A stretch of DNA of 41,897 nt from Holosporales bacterium (GCA_031267535.1 JAIRYS010000009.1:1-41897), one strand, 5' to 3'; shown: positions 8,648 through 17,735, counted from the stretch's first letter. Made by a program: numbers and translations. Notes: generated from the sequence alone by a model not told the origin.

Positions 8648-9502
8648 TTAATCTGGAAGTCGGGCAATCACACGCCTAACCCGCCGCAGATCGGAATCAA
8701 CGACCTCGAAAGTAATGCCTGAGTGGTGGCTAAAAATCTCTCCGACAGACGGAACTCTGTTTGCAATTGAAATTATCAAACCGCCAACGGTTTCTACATC
8801 AGGAACTTTGCCGTCGTCTGTTGTCTCTACAAATTTGGCAGACAGGGCTTTCCCCGCCTCCTCTATCGAGGTTTTTGCATCGATCAAATACGATCCGTCT
8901 TGTTGCTTTACCAAGGATGGAGCGGCTGCTACTTCATCGTTTTGCTGAATGCTTCCAAGCACCTTAAGCACGACTTCTGCAAATGTGACAAGGCCGTCTA
9001 TTCCCCCGAATTCATCAACGACCAGCATAAGACGTTTCCCAGTGAGGCGCATTTGCTCCAGCAGCTCATCCAGTTTAATACTGGGGGCTATAAAAGCGGC
9101 CTCTTGGATAATAGTGTCAATATCAAATTTTTTTGGATTAAAGAAAAATTGCAGAATGTCTCGGATGTTTACGACGCCAACGATATTATCCAAATTATCC
9201 TTATAAACTGGTATTTGCGATTTAGAAGCGCAAGAGAAGATTCTTACCAGATCTGCAAAGCTTATATCATGCTCGACCGCGACAATTTCCGCCCGAGGGA
9301 CCATTATGTCTTCAGCAGCCAAATCTCGCAGACACAAGACATTGCTGAGCATTAGTTTTTCATTAGGATTAATCTCTTCGCCTTCCGGGGTAGTTTCCTC
9401 CATAAAATCGTCCAAGGCCTCATTGACGATGTCTTTGCTGCTAGGGTGATTTCTGGAAAAAATGTTTTTGATTTTATTGAACAATGGCCGCGCCTCTATC
9501 AT
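8648..9502 (-). CDS. corC: CBS/CorC-HlyC domain protein (Mg/Co efflux CorC)
   Basis: DIMVPR, VVDEFGGIDGLVT and ETVGGLI motifs; downstream of ybeY; ATG at 9502. Confidence 0.9.
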   Translation of the reverse strand: MIEARPLFNKIKNIFSRNHPSSKDIVNEALDDFMEETTPEGEEINPNEKLMLSNVLCLRDLAAEDIMVPRAEIVAVEHDISFADLVRIFSCASKSQIPVYKDNLDNIVGVVNIRDILQFFFNPKKFDIDTIIQEAAFIAPSIKLDELLEQMRLTGKRLMLVVDEFGGIDGLVTFAEVVLKVLGSIQQNDEVAAAPSLVKQQDGSYLIDAKTSIEEAGKALSAKFVETTDDGKVPDVETVGGLIISIANRVPSVGEIFSHHSGITFEVVDSDLRRVRRVIARLPD

Positions 9503-10022
9503 TCTCCTGCTTGTACGGATTCGCGATTGCAAGATCTCTAAGGATCTCAACCTCCTTGTTTTCCATTACTTTTGCGTCATCTTCTGCATTATGGTCATAG
9601 CCAAGCAAATGCAACAACCCGTGTAGAGCCAAATGCGCCGTATGATCATCTAAAGATTTCGTCTGTTCTTGAGCCTCCCTTTTAATTGTATCTATTGACA
9701 AAGCCACGCTGCCTAGCATCTTAGGTACGCCATCATCGCACGCGCCAATAAAGCGCTGAGCTTGAAAAGACAGAACGTTGGTTGGCTTGTCTTGGCTACG
9801 GTAAGTCTTGTTAAGCTGTTTTACGACATTGTCGTCCACCAGAAGGAAATCCATGGACTTATTCTTAAGATCCCCCAAACCAAGATGGCGTACTGCGTAG
9901 GAAATCACTTTACGCAGAAGTTCAGAAGTCTCTTTAACTTTCCATTGAGAGGAAACAGACCTAACCGAAATCTCTAAGTCTTCGGCCTTAAACTCGATAC
10001 ATTCAGAACTGTCTTCCGGCAT
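9474..10022 (-). CDS. ybeY: rRNA maturation RNase YbeY
   Basis: LNKTYR..DKPTNVLSF and HGLLHLLGYDH motifs. Confidence 0.96.
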   Translation of the reverse strand: MPEDSSECIEFKAEDLEISVRSVSSQWKVKETSELLRKVISYAVRHLGLGDLKNKSMDFLLVDDNVVKQLNKTYRSQDKPTNVLSFQAQRFIGACDDGVPKMLGSVALSIDTIKREAQEQTKSLDDHTAHLALHGLLHLLGYDHNAEDDAKVMENKEVEILRDLAIANPYKQENDRGAAIVQ

Positions 10023-10058
10023 ACGATAATAAAACTATGCTGAACATACTATCAGAAC

Positions 10059-11429
10059 CTAGATCAAAGTTCCACTAAGACTGTGCTTATCCAGGTCTGT
10101 TATATGAACCTGTCGCATATGGCCGATAAGGCTTTCGTCAGAGTTTACATAAACAGGCTGGTTGTATGGCGTGCGACCGATTACCTGACCGTCGTGACGG
10201 CCAAATCGCTCGAACAGTACGGGCTGAACGCTGCCAACGCTTTCGTTGTTAAAGTCTTGTTGCTGTTGATCCAAAAGATCTTGCAGAACTGCAAGCCGCT
10301 GCTCTTTCACTTTCTCCGACACTTGATCAGGCATATTTTCTGCGGGAGTATTTGGGCGCGGGCTGAACTTGAAATAATAAGACTTGGCAAACTTAATCTG
10401 CCTGGCTGTATCCATAGTGCCTTCAAAATCTTCGTCGCTTTCGCCTGGAAATCCTACGATAAAATCGGATGACATTGCTATTTTGGGGCAAACGTCACGT
10501 AGCTGGGCGATTATGTCGATATACAAACTGCGGTTATAGTGGCGGTTCATCATCTTCAGAATTCGATCAGATCCGGACTGTATAGGAAGATGCAATGCTG
10601 GCATCAAAGCCGGCACGCGGCCAAAAGCGCCAATAAGACGCTCAGACATACTGCAAGGATGCGAAGACAAAAACCTGATACGCGATATTTCCGGATATTC
10701 AGCGACCTCCTCTATCAAATCTACAAGGTCAAGTTTGTTGTCGTTGGCGTCCACGCCATCGTAAGCGTTGACGTTTTGCCCTCCTAATGTGATTTCCTGA
10801 ACGCCATTTCGTATCAGCAGCTCTATTTCCTCTTTAATTCCATCCAAAGGCCGAGAGTATTCTATTCCTCGAGTCTTAGGCACTACGCAGTACGAGCAAA
10901 AGTTTTTACACCCTTCTTGCACTGTAACAAAAGCGCAGGGGCCGACATGGCTCATACCGACTGAACTGAAGCATTTGAATTTTTCTTCATTGTGTATGCC
11001 GGTGCTTACTATAGGCGCGTACTTACGGCCAGCTTTTTGTTGAGCCTGTATTGACTCAATCGCTTCCGGCAATTTATGCGCGGATTGTACGCCCATTACT
11101 ATATCTACATTCCCAGAACGTCGAACTATCTCGCCGCCAAGTCCCTGCGCTATACAACCGGTCACAACCATTACAAACGGCAGACCCTCCTTAAGGCGCT
11201 TATCCCTGATTTCCTTCAAGCGACCTATGTCAGAAAAAAGCTTTTGATCGGCCTTATCGCGTATATGACAAGTGTTGAATATAACAACGCCGCAAGTTTT
11301 ATCCTGGCAACTGTCCACTTTGTGAAAATTGTTGCGGCCAAGCAGCGATATGATTTTGTCCGAATCATATACGTTCATCTGACAACCGTAGGTTTTTATC
11401 CAAACGCCTTTATACATTTGATCTAACAA
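10059..11429 (-). CDS. miaB: tRNA-2-methylthio-N6-dimethylallyladenosine synthase MiaB
   Basis: TYGCQMNVYDS, NTCHIR, radical SAM CKNFCSYC, DFIVGFPGE and a TRAM C-terminus. Confidence 0.97.
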   Translation of the reverse strand: MLDQMYKGVWIKTYGCQMNVYDSDKIISLLGRNNFHKVDSCQDKTCGVVIFNTCHIRDKADQKLFSDIGRLKEIRDKRLKEGLPFVMVVTGCIAQGLGGEIVRRSGNVDIVMGVQSAHKLPEAIESIQAQQKAGRKYAPIVSTGIHNEEKFKCFSSVGMSHVGPCAFVTVQEGCKNFCSYCVVPKTRGIEYSRPLDGIKEEIELLIRNGVQEITLGGQNVNAYDGVDANDNKLDLVDLIEEVAEYPEISRIRFLSSHPCSMSERLIGAFGRVPALMPALHLPIQSGSDRILKMMNRHYNRSLYIDIIAQLRDVCPKIAMSSDFIVGFPGESDEDFEGTMDTARQIKFAKSYYFKFSPRPNTPAENMPDQVSEKVKEQRLAVLQDLLDQQQQDFNNESVGSVQPVLFERFGRHDGQVIGRTPYNQPVYVNSDESLIGHMRQVHITDLDKHSLSGTLI

Positions 11430-11556
11430 AACGTCTCTAGACTAGGTAATTAAAATTAAATACCGCAGCGCTTAACAAGTGCTTAAGGCAAAACAACTTT
11501 GCGCGCAATCTACCCCCTCCCTCAAGCATAACTGCTTGCAACAGTTTATATCCTAG

Positions 11557-11826
11557 TTAGGCTTCAAGTTCATTACGCAATTGCAAAATGATCTCCTCAA
11601 GCTCTTGCTCGCTGAGTTTGTTTATATCAAAAGGTTTGTCGGTTTTCTTCCGATCCAAAAAGCCGCAGATTTTACTGATAAGCTCTTTCGCTTTAATAGC
11701 CGAGGCTAAATCATTGTTATCAAAAGCCAACTGATATATCCGCTGAAGATCGCTAAGCGTTTTATCAAGTTCGTTTAGCTTATTGGTCGACTGCCCTAAA
11801 GGCGCTGTTGGTTTGGTCTTTTTCAT
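11557..11826 (-). CDS. Small helical hypothetical protein, possibly terminase small subunit-like
   Basis: ATG at 11826, 89 aa. AFDNNDLASAIKAKELISKICGF...KLSEQEL recalls TerS C-terminal halves. Confidence 0.5.
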   Translation of the reverse strand: MKKTKPTAPLGQSTNKLNELDKTLSDLQRIYQLAFDNNDLASAIKAKELISKICGFLDRKKTDKPFDINKLSEQELEEIILQLRNELEA

Positions 11827-11933
11827 AGTGATATAAGGAATTACTGGACGGCCGACCATCTGTGCCGACAAAGGCACAGACAGCCGCCATCTGCAACAAC
11901 CGCTAAGACGCAATAATGCGTGCGAAGACGGAC

Positions 11934-12146
11934 TTAGTGTACGCTTACCGGAATAAGATCGCTTAAACAAATGGCTTGTACAGCCGAATCCTTAGAACTA
12001 CTGCTGCCAAGGTTAGATCCATCGGCGGCATATATGGAAAACTTATCGCCCTGGACCGGCTTTACATAAGCCACTACGTTAATGCCCAAAGTCGCAAACT
12101 CTCGCTGCGAGATTTTTCTCAGCCAATCCTGATTTTCCGTCAGCAT
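11934..12146 (-). CDS. DUF1150 family protein
   Basis: FATLG...AYVKPV, IYAADG and C-terminal VSVH; directly downstream of ibpA, as is usual in Alphaproteobacteria. Confidence 0.85.
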   Translation of the reverse strand: MLTENQDWLRKISQREFATLGINVVAYVKPVQGDKFSIYAADGSNLGSSSSKDSAVQAICLSDLIPVSVH

Positions 12147-12155
12147 AGCATCTAT

Positions 12156-12635
12156 CTACCTGGCTGAGGCTTCTTTAGCCGACGCTTCGCAAGTTTTTGA
12201 TGTAATAGCCTTCAATCCTCTGTTGTCATTGGATTTTATAGCTATTTTGCGAACTTGCGATGCGATTTTTGGACGCACTAAATTGATATGCAGCAAACCA
12301 TTGTCAAAGTCTGCGCTGGACACTTCTATCCCTTCTGCTAAAACAAATGAGCGTTGGAACTGGCGCGTTGCGATTCCGCGATGTAAATATATTCTATCTG
12401 CATCGTCACTCTGACTGCCTTTGATCGTAAGCTGGTTATCTTCCATAGAGATCTCAAGATTCTCTTGACTAAAGCCAGCTACCGCCAGGGTTATGCGAAA
12501 TCCCTGATCGCCAATCTGCTCTATGTTATAGGGGGGATACCCCTCGCTTGAAGATTTTGATAATTGATCGACCAATCTTTCGAAATGATCGAAACCTAAA
12601 AACAACGGACTATCAAACAAAGAAATTCTAGACAT
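12156..12635 (-). CDS. ibpA: Small heat shock protein Hsp20 (IbpA)
   Basis: LGFD, YPPYNIE, LAVAGF, YLHRGIA.R.F.R.F.LA and NGLL.I motifs; ATG at 12635 with a GAGGAG Shine-Dalgarno. Confidence 0.95.
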   Translation of the reverse strand: MSRISLFDSPLFLGFDHFERLVDQLSKSSSEGYPPYNIEQIGDQGFRITLAVAGFSQENLEISMEDNQLTIKGSQSDDADRIYLHRGIATRQFQRSFVLAEGIEVSSADFDNGLLHINLVRPKIASQVRKIAIKSNDNRGLKAITSKTCEASAKEASAR

Positions 12636-12775
12636 AATCAACTCCTCTATTAAGCAAGCTGCTAAACACCTTGGCAGATTTCGCTTAAAGCCAAACCGGA
12701 CCAAGAACCCATGCGACCCCAGTTGGGCGCCACAAACCGCTAAGAAACCCAGAATCTACTTTGGCGTTCCCTAAC
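12636..12775 (-). promoter_or_regulatory. ROSE-like RNA thermometer 5' UTR
   Basis: CUUGCU-uaauag-AGGAG placed to pair over the Shine-Dalgarno, with upstream GC-rich hairpin potential (GGCGCCCAACUGGGGUCGC), ahead of a small heat-shock gene. Confidence 0.7.
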
Positions 12776-12937
12776 ACGCTCATTTCTAACACATATTACG
12801 ATAAAAGTCAAGTAAAATTAAAAGCGTTATCTTTAAATTTACAACGTAGGTTTGGATGTTTACTTCAAATGATTACATCCGGCCATTGTTTATGATAGTC
12901 TAATACTTAGCATTCGAATTTGTACATAGGTGGTATA

Positions 12938-13627
12938 TTGAGCGAAATATTCAACGAGCTTGAGCAGGAAGTTAACGAAGATATTCGTCGCGACAAGCTG
13001 ATTCGCATATGGAACCAGTACGGCAAGTACATTATCGCAGCTTTGGTTTTGACCATAGGCAGCATAATCGGTTATATGTCGTGGAGAAGCTATAAAGAGG
13101 CTAAGGCCGTCGACTCAACCCAGCATCTTATACAGATATTGAGGCAAGTCGAGCAAGGCAAAATTATGGATGCTTTCACAGGGCTAAGAGAGCTGTCCAA
13201 CAAGTCTTCAGCCGACGTAAAAATGTTAACAGAGTTCATATACTCTGGACTACGTCTTAAGGTTTATGAACAGTCAGGAAAGATCAACGAGCTTCAAGAG
13301 CAAGAGCTTGACGAGTTAGTCGCCATAGAAAAAGACGTCAAGCAAGACATTGTGTGGCGAGATCTCGCCGCTTTGACGACAGCGCTATATAAATTTGATG
13401 TTTTAACCCCGCAAGAGCTTATCAAAAAGTTAAAGCCACTAACAACCGTAGATAGGCCATTTATGTTTTCAGCACTTGAGATTACTGCCTTTTTACATAT
13501 GAAAGCAGGCGAGTTTGAGGAAGCTAAATCGCTTTTCGAACAAATATCAAAAGACAGCAACGCTCCGGCCGAGATGCGTCAGCGCGCTGAGCTAATGCTG
13601 CAAAACCCTATTTTACACCGTGGATGA
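12938..13627 (+). CDS. TPR/YfgM-like ancillary SecYEG protein
   Basis: SEIFNE..QEVNEDIRRDKL...WNQYG, one TM helix and a helical C-terminus; TTG start after AGGTGG. Confidence 0.8.
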   Translation: MSEIFNELEQEVNEDIRRDKLIRIWNQYGKYIIAALVLTIGSIIGYMSWRSYKEAKAVDSTQHLIQILRQVEQGKIMDAFTGLRELSNKSSADVKMLTEFIYSGLRLKVYEQSGKINELQEQELDELVAIEKDVKQDIVWRDLAALTTALYKFDVLTPQELIKKLKPLTTVDRPFMFSALEITAFLHMKAGEFEEAKSLFEQISKDSNAPAEMRQRAELMLQNPILHRG

Positions 13628-15111
13628 GACTCGTGGCTACAGACAATCAAGATCAGCAAATTAGGCTTGCAAGACTGCAAAAGGTCGCCGATCTGCGTAA
13701 ACGCGGGATAGAGCCTTATCCTTACGAGTTTGCTAAGACACACTCGTCAGAACAAATTCACGCAGAGTTTAATTATCTTAAGGCAGATCAGGAAAGTGGA
13801 AAGCAGGCGTCGGTTGCCGGAAGGGTAATGTCCATCCGTAATGACGGCATGTTTGTTGATTTGCATGATCCAAAAGGTAAAATTCAGGTCTTCTGTCATA
13901 AAAAGCAGCTAGCTGAAGATAAGCTTGAATTGATTCAGTCTCTTGATCTTGGAGACATTGTAGGCATAGTTGGCAATGTCAGGCGTACCCCTAGGGGAGA
14001 GATAACCGTCGACGCCACTGATGTACAACTGCTGTCGAAATGTCTGCTTCCATTGCCTGAGAAGTATCACGGTCTTGCTGACCGCGAACTCAGGTACAGG
14101 CAGCGTTATTTAGACCTGATCACCAATAAAGATTCGCGAGATGTGTTTACCAAACGTTGTTTGGCTACAGATACGATCAGGAAAGCGCTGGTGGACGACG
14201 GTTTTATGGAAGTCGAAACTCCGATGCTGCATCCTATCGCAGGAGGGGCTATTGCGAAGCCGTTTATAACTCGTCACAATGCGCTAGATATGGATCTTTA
14301 TTTGCGTATCGCCCCTGAACTATATCTAAAAAGACTTATCGTGGGTGGGCTTAGCGAGCGAGTATTTGAGATAAACCGTTGCTTCAGGAACGAAGGTATC
14401 TCCACTCGCCACAATCCTGAGTTTACGACCATTGAGATATATCAAGCCTACGCTGATTATAATGCCGTTATAAAAATTACGGAAAATGTCGTGACTTCTG
14501 TAGCCCAAGCGTTGCACGGACAGCTGTCGATCGAATATGACGGAAAGACTTTAGACTTGTCTGCTCCTTGGAAACGGCGATCTATGACAGGGCTGATTCA
14601 GGATCAAACCGGCGTCGATTTTCTTCAAATATCCGGTGATGAAGAAGCCAGGTCTTGTGCAAAAAATATTGGCGTTATCGTCGATGACAGCTTTGGCTGG
14701 GGAAAAGTTATAGAAGCTGTATTTGAGGAAAAAGTAGAACACCTGCTTATTCAACCGACTCACGTGACAGATCTTCCGCGAGAAATTTCCCCTCTGTCCA
14801 AGATTCACAGGCTTGATCCCAGGCTAACCGAGCGGTTTGAGACTTATATCAACGGCTGGGAAATAGCAAACGGCTTTTCTGAGCTCAATGATCCAATTGA
14901 CCAGCACGACCGTTTCGCTGAGCAGCTCAAAGCGCGTGAGGCTGGCGACGGCGAAGCTCACTGTATGGACGAGGATTTTATTACTGCCTTAGAATACGCC
15001 ATGCCGCCATGCGCCGGCTTGGGAATTGGCGTCGATCGGCTTGTTATGATAATGACCAATTCTTTGTCAATCAGGGACGTAATTGCTTTTCCAACGCTCA
15101 GGCCTAAGTAA
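13624..15111 (+). CDS. lysS: Lysine-tRNA ligase, class II
   Basis: RYRQRYLDLI, LRIAPELYLKRL, FRNEG, HNPEFT and GIGVDRL motifs. Confidence 0.98.
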   Translation: MRLVATDNQDQQIRLARLQKVADLRKRGIEPYPYEFAKTHSSEQIHAEFNYLKADQESGKQASVAGRVMSIRNDGMFVDLHDPKGKIQVFCHKKQLAEDKLELIQSLDLGDIVGIVGNVRRTPRGEITVDATDVQLLSKCLLPLPEKYHGLADRELRYRQRYLDLITNKDSRDVFTKRCLATDTIRKALVDDGFMEVETPMLHPIAGGAIAKPFITRHNALDMDLYLRIAPELYLKRLIVGGLSERVFEINRCFRNEGISTRHNPEFTTIEIYQAYADYNAVIKITENVVTSVAQALHGQLSIEYDGKTLDLSAPWKRRSMTGLIQDQTGVDFLQISGDEEARSCAKNIGVIVDDSFGWGKVIEAVFEEKVEHLLIQPTHVTDLPREISPLSKIHRLDPRLTERFETYINGWEIANGFSELNDPIDQHDRFAEQLKAREAGDGEAHCMDEDFITALEYAMPPCAGLGIGVDRLVMIMTNSLSIRDVIAFPTLRPK

Positions 15112-15224
15112 ACTTTATTGATCGCTAATCAGATATTTTTTTTGAACTTTTGCTCTGTAAATATCTGGCCCAATGACTGTCAGCCAAGTATCTCTACCCG
15201 ATCTTTATTCTATCCTCCATAGGT

Positions 15225-15290
15225 ATGGTATTACTACGGCATATGCTGCTAAAGCGTATTTATTTTTTCTGTCTTAAGGAACGAGGATAA
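15225..15290 (+). CDS. Candidate leader peptide MVLLRHMLLKRIYFFCLKERG
   Basis: Short ORF whose last codons contain the Shine-Dalgarno (GAGG) of the ABC-F gene and whose stop is 3 nt before its ATG. Confidence 0.3.
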   Translation: MVLLRHMLLKRIYFFCLKERG

Positions 15291-15293
15291 ACG

Positions 15294-16682
15294 ATGCACG
15301 CTCCAATCCATATAAAAGATCTAAGCTTGTTGCTTCCGCACAAAACCTGCTTTGAGGGTTTCTCAACGTTAATCTCATTTGGGGACCGAATCGGTATTAT
15401 TGGCCGCAATGGAAGCGGTAAGTCTTCCCTGCTTCGCATGATTACGGAACAAAACCCTAGTATTTCGTTGGCATACGTTCCTCAGACCATATCCGATTTC
15501 GATTCGCTAAGTGGAGGAGAGCGTTTCAATAAAGCTTTGTCTCTGGCGCTTGGCAAAGATCCGTCACTTCTTTTACTAGACGAGCCAACTAATCACCTGG
15601 ACCTAGATAATCGAAAAAGCCTGACGCGTCTGTTAAAGTCGTATCATGGCGCCTTAATCATTGCCACCCACGACAAAGAGCTTCTGCGCAGCTGTACCCA
15701 GATTCTGTGGCATATCGACGGTGGAACAATCACGGTTTTTCGAGGAAGCTATGACGATTATGTCGGTGAAAAACATCTAAAGCGTCGGTCGCTTGCGCAT
15801 CAGATTGATCTGGCAGAGCGAGAGAGAAAATTCGCGCATCAACAGCTGATAAAAGAGCAAGAACGCACATCCAAAAGCATCAAATTCGGCAAGAAAAAAG
15901 TAGAAAACAAAAAATGGATGAAGAGCGTCGGGGATCTTAAAGCTATGAAGGCCGAAAAATCCCAAGGCAGTAAGCTAAAGAATATCGACGAAAGGAAACA
16001 GAAGCTGTCAGGCCAGCTGAATGAAATGCGTCTGCCGGAAATCATTACGCCGAGATTTAAATTTACATATCAGGACACATCCGGCAGATCCATTGTCTCT
16101 ATAACGAACGGTACGGCTGGATATGCCAGTAAAGTTATACTGCGAAACATAAATTTCTGTGTCGGCTCACAAGAACGTGTTGCAATCGTTGGGCGTAATG
16201 GAGTTGGGAAGACGACCCTTGTTAGGGCAATTTGCGGTGACCCATATATTGTGAAGTCTGGCAGCTGGAGCGTGCCGAACCCCCGAGATATAGGCCGTCT
16301 AGATCAACATTACGACAACTTAGATCCGGAAAAATCCGCCCTAGAGATAATCTGGGAAGCCAGCGATAAATGGCACGATTTTGCAGAAGTCAGAAGTTTT
16401 TTAAACGACTATCTGTTTCGAAAAAACGAAGAAGTAAATGTGCCGCTAAAAACAATGTCTGGGGGAGAGAAGGCCAGATTGTCTTTGGCCAAAATTGCCG
16501 CCAACCCGCCTAAGCTTCTGATTCTAGACGAAGTCACCAACAATATAGACATGGAAACACGCGATCACTTAATTGCAATTTTGCGGCAATATACCTCTAG
16601 TATTATTGTAATATCTCATGACGAGGGTTTTCTGAGCGAAATCGGCGGTTGGAACTGTATTGAAGCGGTGAAATTTCTGTAA
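15294..16682 (+). CDS. ABC-F family ATPase (antibiotic-resistance ribosomal-protection-like)
   Basis: Two ABC domains (GRNGSGKS/LSGGE/LLLDEPTNHLD and GRNGVGKT/MSGGE/LILDEVTN), a long charged linker and no TM segments. Confidence 0.9.
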   Translation: MHAPIHIKDLSLLLPHKTCFEGFSTLISFGDRIGIIGRNGSGKSSLLRMITEQNPSISLAYVPQTISDFDSLSGGERFNKALSLALGKDPSLLLLDEPTNHLDLDNRKSLTRLLKSYHGALIIATHDKELLRSCTQILWHIDGGTITVFRGSYDDYVGEKHLKRRSLAHQIDLAERERKFAHQQLIKEQERTSKSIKFGKKKVENKKWMKSVGDLKAMKAEKSQGSKLKNIDERKQKLSGQLNEMRLPEIITPRFKFTYQDTSGRSIVSITNGTAGYASKVILRNINFCVGSQERVAIVGRNGVGKTTLVRAICGDPYIVKSGSWSVPNPRDIGRLDQHYDNLDPEKSALEIIWEASDKWHDFAEVRSFLNDYLFRKNEEVNVPLKTMSGGEKARLSLAKIAANPPKLLILDEVTNNIDMETRDHLIAILRQYTSSIIVISHDEGFLSEIGGWNCIEAVKFL

Positions 16683-16790
16683 TGCTACAATGGCTCCTGG
16701 TGGTAACCAATGTAAGGAGACTGTACACGCCCTTGCAAACGGATCCCCTCTCACTTAAAAAATACGTATTATTTTATAGGAAAGTGAGCA

Positions 16791-16828
16791 TAAAAAAGAG
16801 GCAGGGAGCCAGTAGCCCCGCACCTCTT
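16791..16828 (-). terminator. Probable terminator between convergent genes
   Basis: AAGAGG...CCTCTT stem preceded by an A run (a U tail on the minus strand). Confidence 0.5.
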
Positions 16829-16876
16829 AGTATTTGCCAACAAAGCCTCGCTTAACGCGCTGACTTGGCTTGATAA

Positions 16877-17389
16877 TTATTCCAATGTAGCATCAGATGC
16901 TATGCGCAAAAAACGAGGGCTTAACGCTTTAAAAGTTTCTATTGCGTCTTCTCCGAATGGTGTAAACATATCCTTAAACAGCCATTTAGGAGCATCAGCG
17001 GGGAGGCCTTTAACCATAAGATCCAGATAACTTAATTGTACGCCGAACTCAATACCAAATTGGGCTGCATACACCGAACGAATCCCTTCTGCATACAAAG
17101 TAAAGAATAATCCTTTAAAATAAGTTTCTAAGCCTAGTTCACTAGCTGTATAAAGTTTTTCAGTAGAGTTGATAAATCCCACAAAACCTATGGTGTCATC
17201 CTGGTCCTCCATGTCTTTTGTACTAAAAATCAAGCACTGGGGTTTCATGAAGATTAAAAAAGATTCAGGGAAAGCAGTTTTAAATTTCCATGTATACACT
17301 CTTTGGAAAATACAAAAATTGCCTGATTTTCTTGAACTCTTTACTAAAAGAGGATCAACATTGGCGCCATAAATTGCGGAAGGCGCCAA
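16877..17389 (-). CDS. Hypothetical protein
   Basis: 170-aa ORF; start uncertain; no recognised motif. Confidence 0.55.
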   Translation of the reverse strand: MAPSAIYGANVDPLLVKSSRKSGNFCIFQRVYTWKFKTAFPESFLIFMKPQCLIFSTKDMEDQDDTIGFVGFINSTEKLYTASELGLETYFKGLFFTLYAEGIRSVYAAQFGIEFGVQLSYLDLMVKGLPADAPKWLFKDMFTPFGEDAIETFKALSPRFLRIASDATLE

Positions 17390-17530
17390 ATTATAACGAT
17401 ATGTAAAGAATGCGCAATCTCCGAAACTTGCCTCTTTTTATTATTATAAAACTTCCTAGAAATACAAGAAGCATAACAACACAAACAATCATATAAATGG
17501 CCGCCGACTCAACGCTGGCCTTTCATTATG

Positions 17531-17558
17531 AAAAACCCCCACAGGCAAGTGAGGAAAA
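17531..17558 (-). terminator. Terminator after the 5S rRNA
   Basis: Minus strand CCTCAC-TTGCCT-GTGGGG-GTTTTT. Confidence 0.55.
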
Positions 17559-17573
17559 GAACACGAGGATTAA

Positions 17574-17692
17574 GGCCTGGCAGTGAACTACTTTCCCGTA
17601 CCTTAAGGCACAGTATCATCGCCGCTGGGAACTTTCGCTTTCCAGTTCGGAATGGGATGGAGCGTTGGGCTTCCCGCTGTTGCCACCAGGCC
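17574..17692 (-). rRNA. rrf: 5S ribosomal RNA (stand-alone)
   Basis: GGCCTGGTGGC...ATCCCATTCCGAAC...GATGATACTG...GGGAAAGTAG...CTGCCAGGCC with pairing ends; about 119 nt. Confidence 0.93.
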
Positions 17693-17707
17693 GATCCTAC
17701 AAGGCTG

Positions 17708-17735
17708 ATTCTATCATATACAAACAATCATGCAA
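17708..17735 (-). promoter_or_regulatory. Sigma70-type promoter for the 5S gene
   Basis: TTGCAT-16 nt-TAGAAT, ending about 15 nt upstream of the mature 5S start. Confidence 0.6.
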
